64,000 nt of DNA from a virus (taxonomy: Duplodnaviria > Caudoviricetes). Shown here one piece after another: positions 15,420-26,400 of the stretch. Below the pieces are notes generated by a model. It saw only the letters and a list, made by a program, of their open reading frames with translations, was not told the DNA's origin and did no database searches. The stretch covers positions 14,431 through 78,430 of IMG/VR virus record IMGVR_UViG_3300032303_001800; one strand, written 5' to 3'. The translations under genes were made by a program, and so were the position numbers. The stretch's first letter is position 1. Every line of letters begins with the position of its first letter.

Positions 15420-16919
15420 ATGGCTAATGATTTGCAAGAAGCCCTGACTGCTGCGGGTGCTGCTGCACTCGTACAAAAGCAGATTGACCCAGTTTTGCTT
15501 GAGTACCAGCGTCGCTATGCGCCGCTCGTTCGCTCGCTTCCCTCGGTCAAGTGGGGCTCAACCGTTTACTATTTCAACAAGCGTACGTCGCTGCCTTCTG
15601 GTGGTTTCGTAACCGACGGCGGTGCTCGCACTGTCTCGACCTCTAACTACGCCCAGGAGAACTTCCAGATTCGTCTGCTCCAGAGCGTCGGTGCGGTCAC
15701 CGGTTACTCACAGGCTGTTACGCAGGACCTGATTGGCGACCTCCGGGCTCGCGAAATCGAAGGTGCTGCTCGCGGTCTCTACTGGGACATCGAAAACGCC
15801 CTTATCTGGGGTAACGAAGCCGCCACCAAGAACGGCGCTTACCCGCAGTTCGACGGTCTCGACACTATCGTTGCTTCATTCACCTCTGGCTCAGCGCTTC
15901 CCGCTTGGCAGTCCGGTGGTGCTATTGACAACTACGGTGGCGCTCAGGGCGCTAACGGCTGGGGTACTGAACTTTCATCAGCGGGCGTGCCTAACGCTTA
16001 CACGCCTTGGACCGATGGTGTAGACCAGAACGCTATTGACGCGGCTGGCGCAACCCTTTCACTCGCTTACCTCGACCAACTCATCGACATGGTTGAATCC
16101 AACGTCGCCGAGCCAATCGACAACTCCGAGTGGAACTTCGTAATGTCACCTACCGCCAACAGCAAGTTGGCCCAGTTGCTCACCAACCAGCAGCGTTTCG
16201 TTGACCAGGTTGAAGTTGCAGCCGGTTTGATTGTTCCCACCTACCGTGGCGTTCCAATCATCAAGTCGTCGTTCCTGTCACCTCGTTCCAACGTTATGGG
16301 CGCAGTGACCGCAGCAACGACCACCACCGGTGGTTCAATTGGTGCAAGCACGACGTACCACTACCGTGTGTCGGCTGTAATCGCCCGCTTCGGTGAAATT
16401 CAGGCTTCTGCCACCGTTTCACAGGCGAGCGGTTCAGGCACCTCCACGAACACCGTGGTTCTGTCCTTCTCGGTTCCTACGGGTCCTGACGGCGCTCAGC
16501 CTACGCACTACAAGGTGTACCGCGGTACGTCTTCAAGCAACCACACTCTTCTGGGTTGTGTTGACGCTTCGTTGGTTGACTCCAGCGGTTCGCTCTACAA
16601 CACCATCAAGATTACTGACACTGGTGGCGCTTTGGTTCCCGGCAACGGCGCGAATGTTCCTGCCATTGCTCCTTCAGCGTACTACTACACGAACACCGGC
16701 TTGAAGCCTCTGGACGCCGGTTCACAAAGCATCTTCTTGATGTCACGTGACCCCAACTACATCGTACGTCCTTACGTTCGTGAGATGCAGCCAATCAACG
16801 TGTACCCAACCACTGCTTCGCCTGACAGCCTGCCATTCGCCTTCGTTGCGGACACCACGCTGGCAGTTCGCGGTCCCAAGTTCTTGGGCCGTCTTGCGAA
16901 CATTGTTGCGGCACTGTAG
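15420..16919 (+). CDS. Major capsid protein (HK97 fold) with inserted domains
   Basis: Position; strong codon bias; ENALIWG...QFDGL, YRGVPII motifs. Confidence 0.9.
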   Translation: MANDLQEALTAAGAAALVQKQIDPVLLEYQRRYAPLVRSLPSVKWGSTVYYFNKRTSLPSGGFVTDGGARTVSTSNYAQENFQIRLLQSVGAVTGYSQAVTQDLIGDLRAREIEGAARGLYWDIENALIWGNEAATKNGAYPQFDGLDTIVASFTSGSALPAWQSGGAIDNYGGAQGANGWGTELSSAGVPNAYTPWTDGVDQNAIDAAGATLSLAYLDQLIDMVESNVAEPIDNSEWNFVMSPTANSKLAQLLTNQQRFVDQVEVAAGLIVPTYRGVPIIKSSFLSPRSNVMGAVTAATTTTGGSIGASTTYHYRVSAVIARFGEIQASATVSQASGSGTSTNTVVLSFSVPTGPDGAQPTHYKVYRGTSSSNHTLLGCVDASLVDSSGSLYNTIKITDTGGALVPGNGANVPAIAPSAYYYTNTGLKPLDAGSQSIFLMSRDPNYIVRPYVREMQPINVYPTTASPDSLPFAFVADTTLAVRGPKFLGRLANIVAAL

Positions 16920-16960
16920 TAATTGCTGTAAATTCGCTGCAAAATAATTTGTAGCCCCGT

Positions 16961-17011
16961 TCAGATGGGGGTGGGTGGTTCCCTCGTTCCTCCCCACCCG
17001 CCCCCCATCTG
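16961..17011 (+). terminator. Long hairpin after the MCP gene
   Basis: CAGATGGGGG...CCCCCATCTG stem; no clear U-tract. Confidence 0.45.
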
Positions 17012-17035
17012 TCTTAAGATTTGAAAGGCTTTACT

Positions 17036-17323
17036 ATGGGCGTTTTCCTCGCCAAAACAGAAGTCAATGGTGAGACCACCATTGCAGGCGTTGCGTGGAC
17101 TAAGGCTGGCGCTGAAGGCGCTCAAGAGGTACACCCTCGCCTTGCACACGAATTAATGCTTATCTCCGGCGACCACTTCTTCGTCGTTGAAGCCCCTGCC
17201 AAGAAGGCAAAGGCTGAAGAGCCCAAGGTTGAAGAACCCGAGGCAGAAGAGGCACCAGTCGAAGAGACTGTTGTTGCTGAAGAAAAGCCAGCCCCCAAGC
17301 GTCGCACAACCCCCAAGGAGTAG
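17036..17323 (+). CDS. Small head-associated hypothetical protein
   Basis: GAAAGG RBS; acidic Ala/Glu/Pro tail. Confidence 0.75.
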   Translation: MGVFLAKTEVNGETTIAGVAWTKAGAEGAQEVHPRLAHELMLISGDHFFVVEAPAKKAKAEEPKVEEPEAEEAPVEETVVAEEKPAPKRRTTPKE

Positions 17324-17326
17324 CCA

Positions 17327-18013
17327 ATGACCAAGCCGGTGTCTCAATACAATGACCCGGTAGCATTGGCCACGGTCGAGGACTTTAAACGTCGCTACCC
17401 CGAGTTGACTGTTAATATCGACGACAGTCTCATTGCGGACATCTTGGTTGAGGCTACGTCTCACCTTGAAGACCGCACCGGTCGCCGTCTTGCCCCGTTC
17501 ACAGGGCACATCTACGAAGACCGACTTTTCGGCATTGACCCATCTGAGTATGGTAATAATGCCGACCTTCCAGTTGACATCTATGCGTCACTGGGAATGT
17601 CATTTTCTATTGCACTTGGTTCTTCCAACCTTGTGCGCCATTTTTGGCTGGACCAGTTCGCGCCGGTATACCCGGAGTTGTGGACATACGACATCCAGTC
17701 AATTACGCTTTACCGTACCTACGGCGACTACCAGCCAATTGACTTCCGCAATGGCGGAATCCGTGGCCCTTCTATTACCGACGGTCACTGCTGGCTCCGT
17801 TTGGGTACTTTTGCTCCCGAAGGCTCTCGAGTCCGCGTTGTTTACAATGGCGGATACACAAACGGCATTCCGCCCTCGTTGCGGCGTGCCTGTCTTTTTA
17901 TGGCAGCAAAGTTCATTATTCTTGAATTTGAACCTCAGTTGCGCGCATCTATGGACTTAAAGGAGATAGACGAGCAGGTTGATAACCTAATCGCCTCCTG
18001 GATTCGAGGCTAA
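17327..18013 (+). CDS. Head-tail adaptor
   Basis: Position; LATVEDFKRRY, ATSHLEDRTGR, VVYNGGY..IPPSLRRAC motifs. Confidence 0.8.
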   Translation: MTKPVSQYNDPVALATVEDFKRRYPELTVNIDDSLIADILVEATSHLEDRTGRRLAPFTGHIYEDRLFGIDPSEYGNNADLPVDIYASLGMSFSIALGSSNLVRHFWLDQFAPVYPELWTYDIQSITLYRTYGDYQPIDFRNGGIRGPSITDGHCWLRLGTFAPEGSRVRVVYNGGYTNGIPPSLRRACLFMAAKFIILEFEPQLRASMDLKEIDEQVDNLIASWIRG

Positions 18014-18015
18014 AC

Positions 18016-19524
18016 ATGGCCACATCCCGCAAACCCACTGGGTCAAAATCTACCCAGCCGCGGTTATCTAATGGTCGATTTGCGTCCAACAAAAAGGTAA
18101 CCCCCAAAAAGGTCGCTGCTAAAAAAGCAGCGCCTAAAAAGGTTCAGGCCAAAAGAGCGCCTACTAAAAAAACTGCCGCTGCGCGCGTGGCTTCTTCATC
18201 CAAGTCTCTCTCTAAGAGGTCAGCGCCTAAAAAGGCAGCACCCAAAAAGGCCGCTGTTAAAAAGGCTGTTGCTAAAAAGGCCGCGCCTAAAAAGAAGGCC
18301 CCTATTAAAAGGGCTCCAATAGCGCGTGCGTCAGTTAAGCGTAAAATGGACCCAAGTATGGTCCCGCAGTCAAAAGACTTTAAAAGTTCCGTTGTCACAG
18401 ACAATGGCGGTCTTTCGTACTACTTAGAGTTGGTTTACCAACGTGCCAAGACTCCGCAGGTGCTTTATAAGCAGATTGCGGCAGAGTTTGCCAACATGTT
18501 GGCTGAGCGTTTTAAAAACTCCGGCCCTGCCCCTTCATACGGGGTTAAGGGTAAGTGGAAGGCGCTTAGTACTAACACCTATGGCGCAACAAGTGCAGGC
18601 CGTCGCCCGTTAAACCGTTACGGTCATTTATATCATGCTGCTACGCACCCAAAGATTGCCTTTTTAGGCGGCATGGGTATGACTATTGAAATTGACCCGC
18701 GTAATGCTAAACCGGCTCCCGGAAGTGCTTATTCGCGAGGCCAAAATTATGCTACTTTCCATCAAACCGGAAGCGGCAGTACGCCTAAACGTGAAATTGT
18801 CCCAAAGATTGTACCAGGAAGCGGCTTTGGCCTGCTTGTTGGCCAAATGGCCAAGAACTACTTTATACCCAGTAAACGGCAGGCTAAATTGCCTTCCGAA
18901 AGGGGTCATAGAGTAGAGCACGCTCCACCCAGCAGTCGTGCACTTCAGCAAAAACGTCAAGCAAGAACTCGCCGCGATAAACGTAGTGCTGAGATTAAGT
19001 CTGAAAAATTTGCTCGCCAGCAACGTTCGGCTGAACGCTCCAAGGTTGCCAAAGCCCGTCGTGATGACATGGCCATTAAGCAGGCTCAAAAACTTGAAGA
19101 CCGCCTAGCCAAGCAGGCCGCTCGAGAGCGGATAGCCGAATCTAAGAAGAAAATCGGCACTGCTAAGACTATGGACCGAAGTACCTATATGGGTATGGAC
19201 GCCAAGGCTAAGGCTAAAAAGGTCGAAGAAGCGGCAATTGCCAAAGAGGCTAGTTTTGCTGAACATGTTTTTGAGTCAGATGCAAAGGTCCGTTTTGCTA
19301 AGCACATGGGCCGCGTCGACGCAAAGATAACGACCAAAGAACACTTGGCTAAAGTTCAACATTTTAATACCCACGATACCAAGTATCGTAAAGCGGCGAT
19401 TGAAACCCACCCGGCTGAATACGTACCACCAGGTACTAGGATGCCACTTGGTGAATATAAAAAATACCGAGGTCTGGCTAAAAACTGGGCACGTCGCGAA
19501 ACGTTTGACCGTGGTCGTGGGTAA
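18016..19524 (+). CDS. Neck/virion morphogenesis protein with histone H1-like and basic extensions
   Basis: Central KWKALS...YATFHQTGSGSTPKREIV core; KKAAPKK repeats at the N-terminus. Confidence 0.7.
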   Translation: MATSRKPTGSKSTQPRLSNGRFASNKKVTPKKVAAKKAAPKKVQAKRAPTKKTAAARVASSSKSLSKRSAPKKAAPKKAAVKKAVAKKAAPKKKAPIKRAPIARASVKRKMDPSMVPQSKDFKSSVVTDNGGLSYYLELVYQRAKTPQVLYKQIAAEFANMLAERFKNSGPAPSYGVKGKWKALSTNTYGATSAGRRPLNRYGHLYHAATHPKIAFLGGMGMTIEIDPRNAKPAPGSAYSRGQNYATFHQTGSGSTPKREIVPKIVPGSGFGLLVGQMAKNYFIPSKRQAKLPSERGHRVEHAPPSSRALQQKRQARTRRDKRSAEIKSEKFARQQRSAERSKVAKARRDDMAIKQAQKLEDRLAKQAARERIAESKKKIGTAKTMDRSTYMGMDAKAKAKKVEEAAIAKEASFAEHVFESDAKVRFAKHMGRVDAKITTKEHLAKVQHFNTHDTKYRKAAIETHPAEYVPPGTRMPLGEYKKYRGLAKNWARRETFDRGRG

Positions 19525-19543
19525 TTGAACAACGAGGATTCTT

Positions 19544-20209
19544 ATGGCTAGAGCATGGTGGACAGACTGGAACTTATCGTATCTCGATGATGCTTTTGGC
19601 CCCCTTTACGGTGGACATTCAGTCCAAGAGGCTTTTTACAAGACACTCGAGAAGAATCTTCCGGCTTACGTCGAACAATTTAATCGCAACCTCGGTTCCG
19701 AAGTCTTGATGCTCCCATATGAGTATCGGCATCGACCCGAGTACCGCACTCTTCCTAAGGTTGCCGCCGCGGCAGTCTTGGTAGAAGTGCCATCTACTAC
19801 AGGCCACCCAGAAACCTACCAGTCCGGTATTCGTACCAACTGGATGGTTGAAGTCATAGTTTACGTTTACGGAACTCAGGACTGGCAAGAGACTCAGGCT
19901 TTGACGCAAGCGTACGCTGCATGTGTACGCGCTTGCATTATCCAAAACCGAGGCCTCGGTGGTCTTGCAGAAACTACCATCTGGGATGGTGAGCAGTACC
20001 TCGAAGGCGAACACAGTGGTACACGTACCACTGGAATAGCCCACATTAGTTTTACCGTCACGGTTGGAAACGCCATGAACATGAACGGCGGACTGCCATT
20101 GCCTCAATTTGCACCAACAGGTGCGGTTGTGGCTCCTTCTACGCAGCCAGCAACTCAAGTTCCACGCGTGACCAACCCCAACGTAACAATCATTAAGGAA
20201 CAATTGTGA
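19544..20209 (+). CDS. Probable tail terminator/completion protein
   Basis: Position between neck and sheath genes; size and predicted beta/alpha pattern. Confidence 0.6.
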   Translation: MARAWWTDWNLSYLDDAFGPLYGGHSVQEAFYKTLEKNLPAYVEQFNRNLGSEVLMLPYEYRHRPEYRTLPKVAAAAVLVEVPSTTGHPETYQSGIRTNWMVEVIVYVYGTQDWQETQALTQAYAACVRACIIQNRGLGGLAETTIWDGEQYLEGEHSGTRTTGIAHISFTVTVGNAMNMNGGLPLPQFAPTGAVVAPSTQPATQVPRVTNPNVTIIKEQL

Positions 20210-20469
20210 GTAAGAAAGTCACAGTTGTCGTGCAGTGCGCCCATGTGCTGCAAGACATCGATGGCAATTTAATGAACCAGTGGGAATACCACGTGGTAGA
20301 GTTAAACGAGCACATCGAACAATATATTTCTGATGGTCATTTGATTGTCTTAGATTCCGAGGAAGAGGTTGAAGAAACCCCGGCCGAGGATGAAGTCAAG
20401 AAGACGACCCCCGTAACCAATAAATCCAACAAGCAGGCAACTGCTTCTGTTCAACAGGAGAACGTATAA
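20206..20469 (+). CDS. Hypothetical protein
   Basis: ORF track; overlaps both neighbours. Confidence 0.7.
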   Translation: MSKKVTVVVQCAHVLQDIDGNLMNQWEYHVVELNEHIEQYISDGHLIVLDSEEEVEETPAEDEVKKTTPVTNKSNKQATASVQQENV

Positions 20470-22109
20470 TGGCTAGTTCAGCCCCCGGCGTTAACATCAC
20501 CGTCAGCGCCTCCGCCGCAAGCCCCCGTAGCGTAAGCCCTACCGGTGTCTGGTTCGTAGCCGGCACCGCCAATGGTCCCTCTGGTATTGCCGTTCCGATT
20601 ACTTCGATGAGCGACTTTACCACGTACTTTGGAGCCGTTGTCAACTCTCAGTTGACTGGCCGCTACTCAATTGCTGCGTCAATCGCTTCCGGTGGTACTG
20701 CATTCAATATCACCAGCAACACCCTGTACGATTCACTGGACCTTTTCTTCCGCGAAGGCGGAGTTCAGGCCTACGTAAGCCGTATGGTTTCTTCAACCGC
20801 TACCAACGTCCAGAACGCCAAGGCGACCATTACTAGCGGTAAGATTACTCTTACGGCTATCAGCGGTGGTTCGTGGGCTAACGTTCCTGGTACGCTTCCC
20901 TCGAGTGGACCGGTTCCCGGCCTTCGTCTTACCGTTTCCGCGCCAGTTAACAGCGTCTACTACGCAAGCATTGCATTAAACGGCACCACCATTGCCAACT
21001 CACCCGGATTGGGTAACGAGCAGGACATTGTTAACTGGGTTAACTCACTGCCTGCCTACCAGTCCCTCTGCGTTGCAACTTTTGTCTCTGGCGGTACCTC
21101 AAACATCTCAAGTGGTGTAACAATTTCGCTGGCTGCTGGTACGGACTTTGCACCAGTTGACGCCGACCTCAACCTCACCCTCTCCGTGTTTACAGCGGAC
21201 CTTGGCGTTGGCCAGATGTCGTACCCCGGTGGTACCTCAACTGCCAACTATTCAATGTTGACTGCCTATTCTCAGTTGACAAACCGAATCGCCGTTCTTG
21301 ACGCTGTCGACACGGCAACTGCTTCAACGATGACCACTGCGGTCAACGCTCTGGCCACCACTTTGGGCTCTGTTACAACGCTCCTTGGTGCTGTAAATCA
21401 GATTGACGCATCGTACGCTGGTATGTACGCTCCCTGGATGAAGGTTCCTGGAATCACCCAGACCAACCCCAACCAGGTTACCGGACTTGTTTTTCAGCGC
21501 ACTGTTCCTCCCTCCGCCTTGGCCGCTGCCAAGATGGCTCAGAACGACCAGGCCAATGACTGCAACGTCCCTGCCGCCGGTGTCGGTCCAGGTGCTTCGT
21601 TCTACGCTACGGGTGTTACCCAGACGTACAACGATACGGACCGTGCAAGCCTGAATAATGGTGGTGTCAACGTCGTCCGTCTTATCCCGAACGTCAACCA
21701 GATTGTTATCTACGGCTCACGCTCTTGCTCAAGCGACGCCAACTGGGTCTACCTGAACAACTGCCGTTTCCGTATGCAGGTTATCCGTGAACTCGACCTT
21801 ATTGCCGAAAACTTCACGTTTGACCAAATTGACGGTCGCGGACAAATCTTTGCTCGACTGAATGGCGCCCTTGCCGGACAGTTGCAGACCTACTGGATTC
21901 GCCGTAGCATCTACGGCGCCAACCCAAGCGACGCGTTCCAGGTTAACACTGGCACCACTGTCAACACCCCAGCAACTATTGCTGCAGGTCAGATGAACGC
22001 TCAGGTCGGTCTCCGTATGTCCCCATTTGGTGAATTCGTCAACGTCAGCGTCACTAAGTACGCTACGAACGCGTCTCTGCCTAACTACACCAACAACTTC
22101 GTACTCTAG
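20469..22109 (+). CDS. Contractile tail sheath protein
   Basis: APGVNIT start; C-terminal GVNVVR...IYGSRS..SDANWVYLN..R...FDQID sheath domain. Confidence 0.92.
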   Translation: MASSAPGVNITVSASAASPRSVSPTGVWFVAGTANGPSGIAVPITSMSDFTTYFGAVVNSQLTGRYSIAASIASGGTAFNITSNTLYDSLDLFFREGGVQAYVSRMVSSTATNVQNAKATITSGKITLTAISGGSWANVPGTLPSSGPVPGLRLTVSAPVNSVYYASIALNGTTIANSPGLGNEQDIVNWVNSLPAYQSLCVATFVSGGTSNISSGVTISLAAGTDFAPVDADLNLTLSVFTADLGVGQMSYPGGTSTANYSMLTAYSQLTNRIAVLDAVDTATASTMTTAVNALATTLGSVTTLLGAVNQIDASYAGMYAPWMKVPGITQTNPNQVTGLVFQRTVPPSALAAAKMAQNDQANDCNVPAAGVGPGASFYATGVTQTYNDTDRASLNNGGVNVVRLIPNVNQIVIYGSRSCSSDANWVYLNNCRFRMQVIRELDLIAENFTFDQIDGRGQIFARLNGALAGQLQTYWIRRSIYGANPSDAFQVNTGTTVNTPATIAAGQMNAQVGLRMSPFGEFVNVSVTKYATNASLPNYTNNFVL

Positions 22110-22128
22110 TACCCGACAAGGAAAATAA

Positions 22129-22566
22129 ATGCCTACTCAAGTTTCTAACCATTTTTACGGCTCAGAGCAGCAGTGGCTTGCTACCCTGACTGTGAACGGC
22201 GTCGATTACGGCGTGTTTGACCGCTTTAGCGGTGGTGACGTATCTGCCGCCGTCAACAAGCACCGTCCTGGTGGCATGGGCCCAGAAATCAGTTACCTCT
22301 CGCTGCCGACCTATTCGGATGTTTCGTTGACCAAGGTCTACGAAACCCAGCGTGACCACGACCGCGTCGCTACCCTGCACACTCTCGTTGGCAAGGCCCT
22401 CGCCTCTGTCACACTTCAGCCTTTGGACGACAATGGCTCACCTTGGGGTACTCCTCGTACCTACCAGGGTCGCCTCGTCGCTGTAAAGGACGGCGGCACT
22501 GACTCGCAGTCAAATGCTGCTAGAATGTTCGAAGTAGACCTTTCGGTCGAGACCGTAACAAACTAA
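22129..22566 (+). CDS. Tail tube protein
   Basis: 145 aa, directly after the sheath; DRFSGG..HRPGGMG..SDVSLTK. Confidence 0.85.
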   Translation: MPTQVSNHFYGSEQQWLATLTVNGVDYGVFDRFSGGDVSAAVNKHRPGGMGPEISYLSLPTYSDVSLTKVYETQRDHDRVATLHTLVGKALASVTLQPLDDNGSPWGTPRTYQGRLVAVKDGGTDSQSNAARMFEVDLSVETVTN

Positions 22567-22595
22567 CAACTCACTACAAACCATAGGAGGAACCA

Positions 22596-23135
22596 ATGGT
22601 TGAATTTAATATCACCAATGAAGAGGGAAGCGGTTTTCCACAGGACGAGACGGTGGCGGTGTTTTCTAACACGGAAATCACCCCACTCGTCTCCCTGCGA
22701 AACCGTCGTGAAGAGATTGTCAGCAATCTTTTTATTGACATCAAAGTCCCACGCTGGGAAGACCCGGAAATTTTTGTCCGGTTCAAGCCAGTGTCGGCAA
22801 CCCGACTTAACTCTGCTATCGAAAAGCGCCGTAAGCAAAAGAGTGACGACTGGTCGCTCCTTGCTAACGCCGACATGCTTGTCGATTCATGCGTTGGTAT
22901 TTATGGCGTTATTGATGGGGACAAGGACAACAAGTTGTCCCTCCGCATCGGTGACCCAAATGGCTCACTTACAAAGTTCGACCCCGAACTTGGTGCCGCT
23001 CTTGGCGTAGACGCTCAACGTGCCGTTGACGTTTGCACCTCACTCTACTTGACCGAAGGCGACCTCCTTGAAGTTGCCAACCGTCTTTTCCAGTGGAGTG
23101 GCGTAGCATCAGATGAGGCTGACGAAACTTTTTAA
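22596..23135 (+). CDS. Tail assembly chaperone (G-like)
   Basis: Position between tube and tape measure; ends at ACT TTT TAA. Confidence 0.75.
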   Translation: MVEFNITNEEGSGFPQDETVAVFSNTEITPLVSLRNRREEIVSNLFIDIKVPRWEDPEIFVRFKPVSATRLNSAIEKRRKQKSDDWSLLANADMLVDSCVGIYGVIDGDKDNKLSLRIGDPNGSLTKFDPELGAALGVDAQRAVDVCTSLYLTEGDLLEVANRLFQWSGVASDEADETF

Positions 23136-23359
23136 CAAGCCTGGGGACAGATGATTTCGTAGAGAGCGCTTCATACGCACTCACAATGGGTATGAACCCC
23201 TACGATTTTCTGTCCCAAGGCAAAGAAGATTACCTTATTAGCATTGCAATAATACAAAAAGCCCTTCAAATCAGCAACGAACGAAAGTCAGAGGAAATTA
23301 AAGTTCTTGCAGAATTGACTGGGCTCGAAGTAGCGAAGGTAATCGCTAACATCTTCTAG
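23132..23359 (+). CDS. Tail chaperone extension (T-like), probably reached by -1 frameshift
   Basis: The -1 frame is open from the T5 run: LTSLGTDDFVESASYALTMGMNPYDF...VIANIF*. Confidence 0.6.
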   Translation, partial: LTSLGTDDFVESASYALTMGMNPYDFLSQGKEDYLISIAIIQKALQISNERKSEEIKVLAELTGLEVAKVIANIF

Positions 23360-23385
23360 TCCGTCTTATATTAGGCGGCGACTTA

Positions 23386-23419
23386 AGCCGCTATCTCCTG
23401 CCCGGAGGTAGCGGTTTTT
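23386..23419 (+). terminator. Intrinsic terminator upstream of the tape measure gene
   Basis: CCGCTATCTCC-TGCCC-GGAGGTAGCGG-TTTTT. Confidence 0.7.
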
Positions 23420-23436
23420 CTCTTGAGGCAAACTAT

Positions 23437-26400
23437 ATGGCAGATGTAGAAAGATTAGGACTAGAACTAGTCACCAATGCGGGTGGTTCGTATCCTCGTG
23501 ATGTAATGCGAGGCAAGGAAGCCACCGACGCACTCAGCGGTTCAGTCGAGCGCGTTGCAGTTTCTGCCGATGCTATGTCCGCGTCTGTTGCTGGTGCTGC
23601 CGATTCTACCGCGGCACTAGCCGCCGAGGCCGGAGCCGCGACTAAAGCGTGGCAGATGTACCTCAGCGGTAATCCGCAAAATGTGGCAGCGCTCAATGCA
23701 ACCGCTGGTGCCGCCACCCACGCTGCTGATTCAACAGCCGCTGCAGCCGGTGCTACTGTTGAGTATGCCGAGGCTTTGCGCCTTGCCAGTGCCTCCTCAT
23801 CAGAGTTTGTTGCCGCCTCGGAGAGAGTTGCGGCAGCCGAAGCGCAGCGTTCAATGCAAATGGCTTCGTCGTCTGTCAGCATTGCTGCGGCCGAAGCCAA
23901 TCTGGGCAGATACTACAAAACCTTCTCCAAATTGGAGAAGATGGGAACCCCCGCCATTATGAAGGCGGGGACTTGGACTGCCCTGGGTTCGGCCGGATTG
24001 ATTTACTCATCCGTTCATCAATTTACCGAACTTAACGCTAAGATGATTCAGATTACCACCCAGGCGGGTATTGCAAAAGCCTGGCTTCCCGACCTGCAAA
24101 AAGAAGTTATTAGAATCGGCAAAGAAACCGGTCAAAACTTCAATGACATTGCCGACTCTATGTACCGAGTTGCTTCTGGTACCGCTTCCTGGACTCACAC
24201 TCTGAAGGACGGAACCAAGGCCGCTGGTGCTAGTAAAAAGCAAATCATGGAACTTACCGATGCTGTTTCCAAGTTGAACTTGCTTGGAAACGTCCCCGGT
24301 GGAGTGCAAACTGAACAGACCAGTCGTATTATGACGGTTATGCTCAACGCCGGTCTTAGAGACATCGGCACGGACCCCAAGAAAGCGCTGCGACTTCTAA
24401 ACGCTGGTGCTGGTGCGGGTGACGTTCGACTTGGTGGTTTGATTTCTGGTTTGGGTCGAGGCGTGCTTGCGTCCGCCAGTGCAACTGGCCTTACAGCCAC
24501 AGACGCACTTTCCTGGATGGACTTGATGACCTCGATGGGTACTACGGAATCTGTCGCCGGTACCTACGTCCGTAGTGCTATTATTAACCTTGCCGCCTCG
24601 GGTGGTAAGGGTCAAAAGAGCCTTGCCATGTTGGGCATTAAGCCTGGAGAACTCCAGGGCTTGATGGCTGGCAAGGGTGGGCTTATCTCTGCTGCCCAGC
24701 GTCTTAAGACGGGACTCCAAAAGTGGGACCCCCTTCCAACCTTCCCTAAGTTCAAGGGCAAGACCGGCGTTGCGGCTGCTAGGGAGCAGTTGCAAGCCTG
24801 GGGTGCAAACAGTCTTGACCCCGAGTTGTTGTCAAACTGGTCTAAGGGCAAGTTAACCGACAAGCAAAAAGAATACATCAAGGTATTTATGCTCGCCAAT
24901 GCTTTTGGTGGAGCAAAGCAATTGACCCCTATTCTCACCCTTATTCAAAGTACATCCGTTAAGGGCGACCATGCCCAGCGTGAAGACACCATTGAGGGTA
25001 TTCACAAGGCAATTACAGACCACGCAACTGATGCAAACGTTAAGCGTAGCCTTAAATTAGCCACAGACCAGCCACAGACTCAGTTCCGCATTCTTAAACA
25101 AACACTTAGGGCTGACCTTGTTCAAATTGGTCAGACTATTACTCCTGCTGTTTTGAGCATTTCTAAAGCACTTGTTCACTTCATTGACAAGATTGCCAAG
25201 ATGAAGTCGGTCATTATTCCGCTGACTCTGGCGGTAAGCGGTTTTATTGCTGTTGCCGGTCTGGCAAAACTTGGCTCACTAGCCAAGGGTATGTATGCTC
25301 CGCTAGGCAAGGCCTACGGAATTACCGATAAACTGTGGGGCGGACTGTCCCACATCCCGGGACTTGGCTGGACTAAGAATTTTGTAGGCAAGGGTGGAGG
25401 TCGCTTCCGCGATGCTGCCTTGACCAGCGACCGCACAGCACTTAAAGAGGCTGGAGACACGCTTACTAAGGCCGGCATGGGGCTTATGGGCGCCGCTGAA
25501 GCCATTGAACGAGCCGCCTATATGGGTGGTGGTGCTGGCGGCCGTGGCGGCCGTGGCGGCCGTGGTGGCGGTGGCGTGCACCCAGGCGCTTCTGGCATGG
25601 GCGGTGGCGGCCGTGGCGGCCGTGGCGTGCACCCAGGCGTTTCTGGCATGGGCAAGGGTATTACCGGCTCCCACGCAGGCATTGGCAAGGGCAGTGAAGG
25701 TTATTACAACCTCATGGGTAACATGAAGAAGGACCCTCGTTACGCCTACTACGCTATGCATGATAACATCGGCTCGGCTATGAAGGTTGAAGAAAAGGTA
25801 GCCAAACGCGGCCTCTTTAGCCGCATGTTTGGACGCACCACCCCTACCGGCTTTAGCGGTAAATCACGGATGTCTGGCCCCATGATGGGTGGCGCTCGTG
25901 GGTTAATAGCAAGCATGGCCCTGAACTTTGCCGCCTTGCGTGGACCTCGAGGCAAAACTGCCTACGAACGCCGCGGCGCAGCCGAACCCACCTCTATGTA
26001 CATTGGTGACATTATTGGGGGTCCCGGCAAAGTCAAGAAGGTAAACCCTCGCAAGATGAAGGGTGTTTCCAGGTACGGAAGCCGTGGCTTGACTAAGATG
26101 TTAAGCAAGGCGGACATTGCCGAAGAAGCAGCCGCTAAATTACGTATGCCTCACGGTTTGCCTCGCAGCAAATACGCCGGCTCTGCCGTTAAGAGCGTCG
26201 AGAGCAAGGCACTTGGACTTGCAGGACGCATGGCCGGTAAGGCCGGCATTGTTGGCAAACTTGGCAGTATAGCCGCAAAGGTTGGCGGCGGCAGTATTAT
26301 GAAAACGGCCGCGGGCGGTCTTGCCAGGTTTGGCGGCACCGCTGCCCTTGGTGGTATAGCATCGGCTGCCGGAGGAACCGCTCTTGGTTCTATCGCCGGA

